From an uncultured Candidatus Bathyarchaeia archaeon (GTDB lineage: Archaea > Thermoproteota > Bathyarchaeia > Bathyarchaeales > Bathycorpusculaceae), in contig CAYVGZ010000038.1 in assembly GCA_964450845.1 (NCBI GenBank), forward strand, positions 1 to 15,190: a stretch of DNA of 15,190 bases, in the 5' to 3' direction. Every line of letters begins with the position of its first letter. Position 1 is the first letter of the stretch. Positions 14,516 through 15,190 of this stretch are shown here, in pieces. The notes beneath the pieces were generated by a model that saw nothing but the letters and a program-made list of their open reading frames with translations, was not told the DNA's origin and did no database searches. Both the position numbers and the translations under genes were made by a program.

Positions 14516-15190
14516 TTACATGAAGCGTTCCAGCTTCGTCAATCCCAGTATTTCTTCAAAATCTAAGCCCAGCGCATCCAGCACCTGGTCAAATGTCGAT
14601 TGCAAATAGGCAACATACTTGTCAACATCTACTTCATTGTTCATTGTAAGCTCAACAGGTTTGACGTGCGGTTCTTTAGTGACTTTGACGAAACTTATCA
14701 AGTCTCCAGCCCTGACATCTTTCATCATTTTTGCAGCTTTAACGTGCTGAGGCGTCGTTTTCGTGTAATGCCACAGCTCTTCGCCTAAGACTACGTTGAA
14801 CGCTAATTCTTCTAGGCTTTCCCACTCTCGCCTCTTCAAGCGGATGTAGCAGTCGCGAACGATTTCACATATATCCTTCTTTGCCTTCTCAAAGTCTGCT
14901 GGCGTCTTCACCATGGCTAGGCGTTCTTTCATTCTGTCAAAAGCTTTCTTAATGAATATTGGAATATGCCTCTTCTTTCCCGTTAATCCTTTGACGTCTA
15001 CGCTTCCGTCCTCTAAAACGCCCAGATAATTCTTCTTGCGTGAACTAAAAACGGCATATCTGTAAACCTTGTCCACGTCCAAACTCATCTTCAACTCATG
15101 CTCAGTCCACTGCGCCAAGTCTTCTATCTGCTTTTTCAAGGGATTTTTTAAGAAGATGCTGTCTGTGTCGCCGTAGAGGACTTGAATGTT
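14516..15190 (-). CDS. polB: Family B DNA polymerase, C-terminal part (PolB1-like), 5'-truncated by the window edge
   Basis: The frame is open to the window end: NIQVLYGDTDSIFL (catalytic YGDTDS), then KKNYLG...VDVKGLTGKKR and YTKTTPQHVKAA. The KKNY.G...VD.KG...KKR pattern resembles crenarchaeal PolB1. Confidence 0.93.
   Translation of the reverse strand, partial: NIQVLYGDTDSIFLKNPLKKQIEDLAQWTEHELKMSLDVDKVYRYAVFSSRKKNYLGVLEDGSVDVKGLTGKKRHIPIFIKKAFDRMKERLAMVKTPADFEKAKKDICEIVRDCYIRLKRREWESLEELAFNVVLGEELWHYTKTTPQHVKAAKMMKDVRAGDLISFVKVTKEPHVKPVELTMNNEVDVDKYVAYLQSTFDQVLDALGLDFEEILGLTKLERFM

Noticed and set aside
189-14788. Many antisense or off-frame ORFs in the track (e.g. 189..695, 990..1232, 1980..2327, 2289..2762, 3197..3771, 4115..4432, 5985..6236, 7134..8838, 9806..10565, 10936..11307, 12442..12660, 14600..14788)
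   Set aside because: They overlap well-supported genes and have no recognisable motifs, so they are treated as shadow ORFs.

Overview
This is a densely packed archaeal chromosomal window. The lineage is probably TACK-type, most likely Bathyarchaeia (inferred from a PolB1-type polymerase, CarS, a RadB-like ATPase, AglB and GcvT). Genes from left to right: CBS-domain protein (3'-truncated), UbiD-family decarboxylase (probably anhydromevalonate phosphate decarboxylase), PAC4/PSMG4-like protein, endonuclease III, Clp1/Grc3-type polynucleotide kinase, RNase H-fold (YqgF-like) protein, RadB-like ATPase, CDP-archaeol synthase, OSTC/DC2-like membrane protein, small CxxC/CxxH protein, type IA topoisomerase, a 54-aa Zn-ribbon protein missing from the ORF track, GcvT, STT3/AglB, GPT/AglH-like phosphoglycosyl transferase, QueT-family transporter and the C-terminus of a family B DNA polymerase. 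I see no mobile elements, CRISPR arrays, tRNAs or rRNAs. The most notable items are: (1) a eukaryote-like N-glycosylation set (OSTC-like protein, STT3 and GPT); (2) a GC-rich leader with an anti-SD sequence in front of queT, a candidate archaeal riboswitch; (3) an overlapping nuclease plus 5'-OH kinase gene pair; (4) a PAC4-like protein. Family assignments come from motif recognition and recalled sequences, not from database searches.
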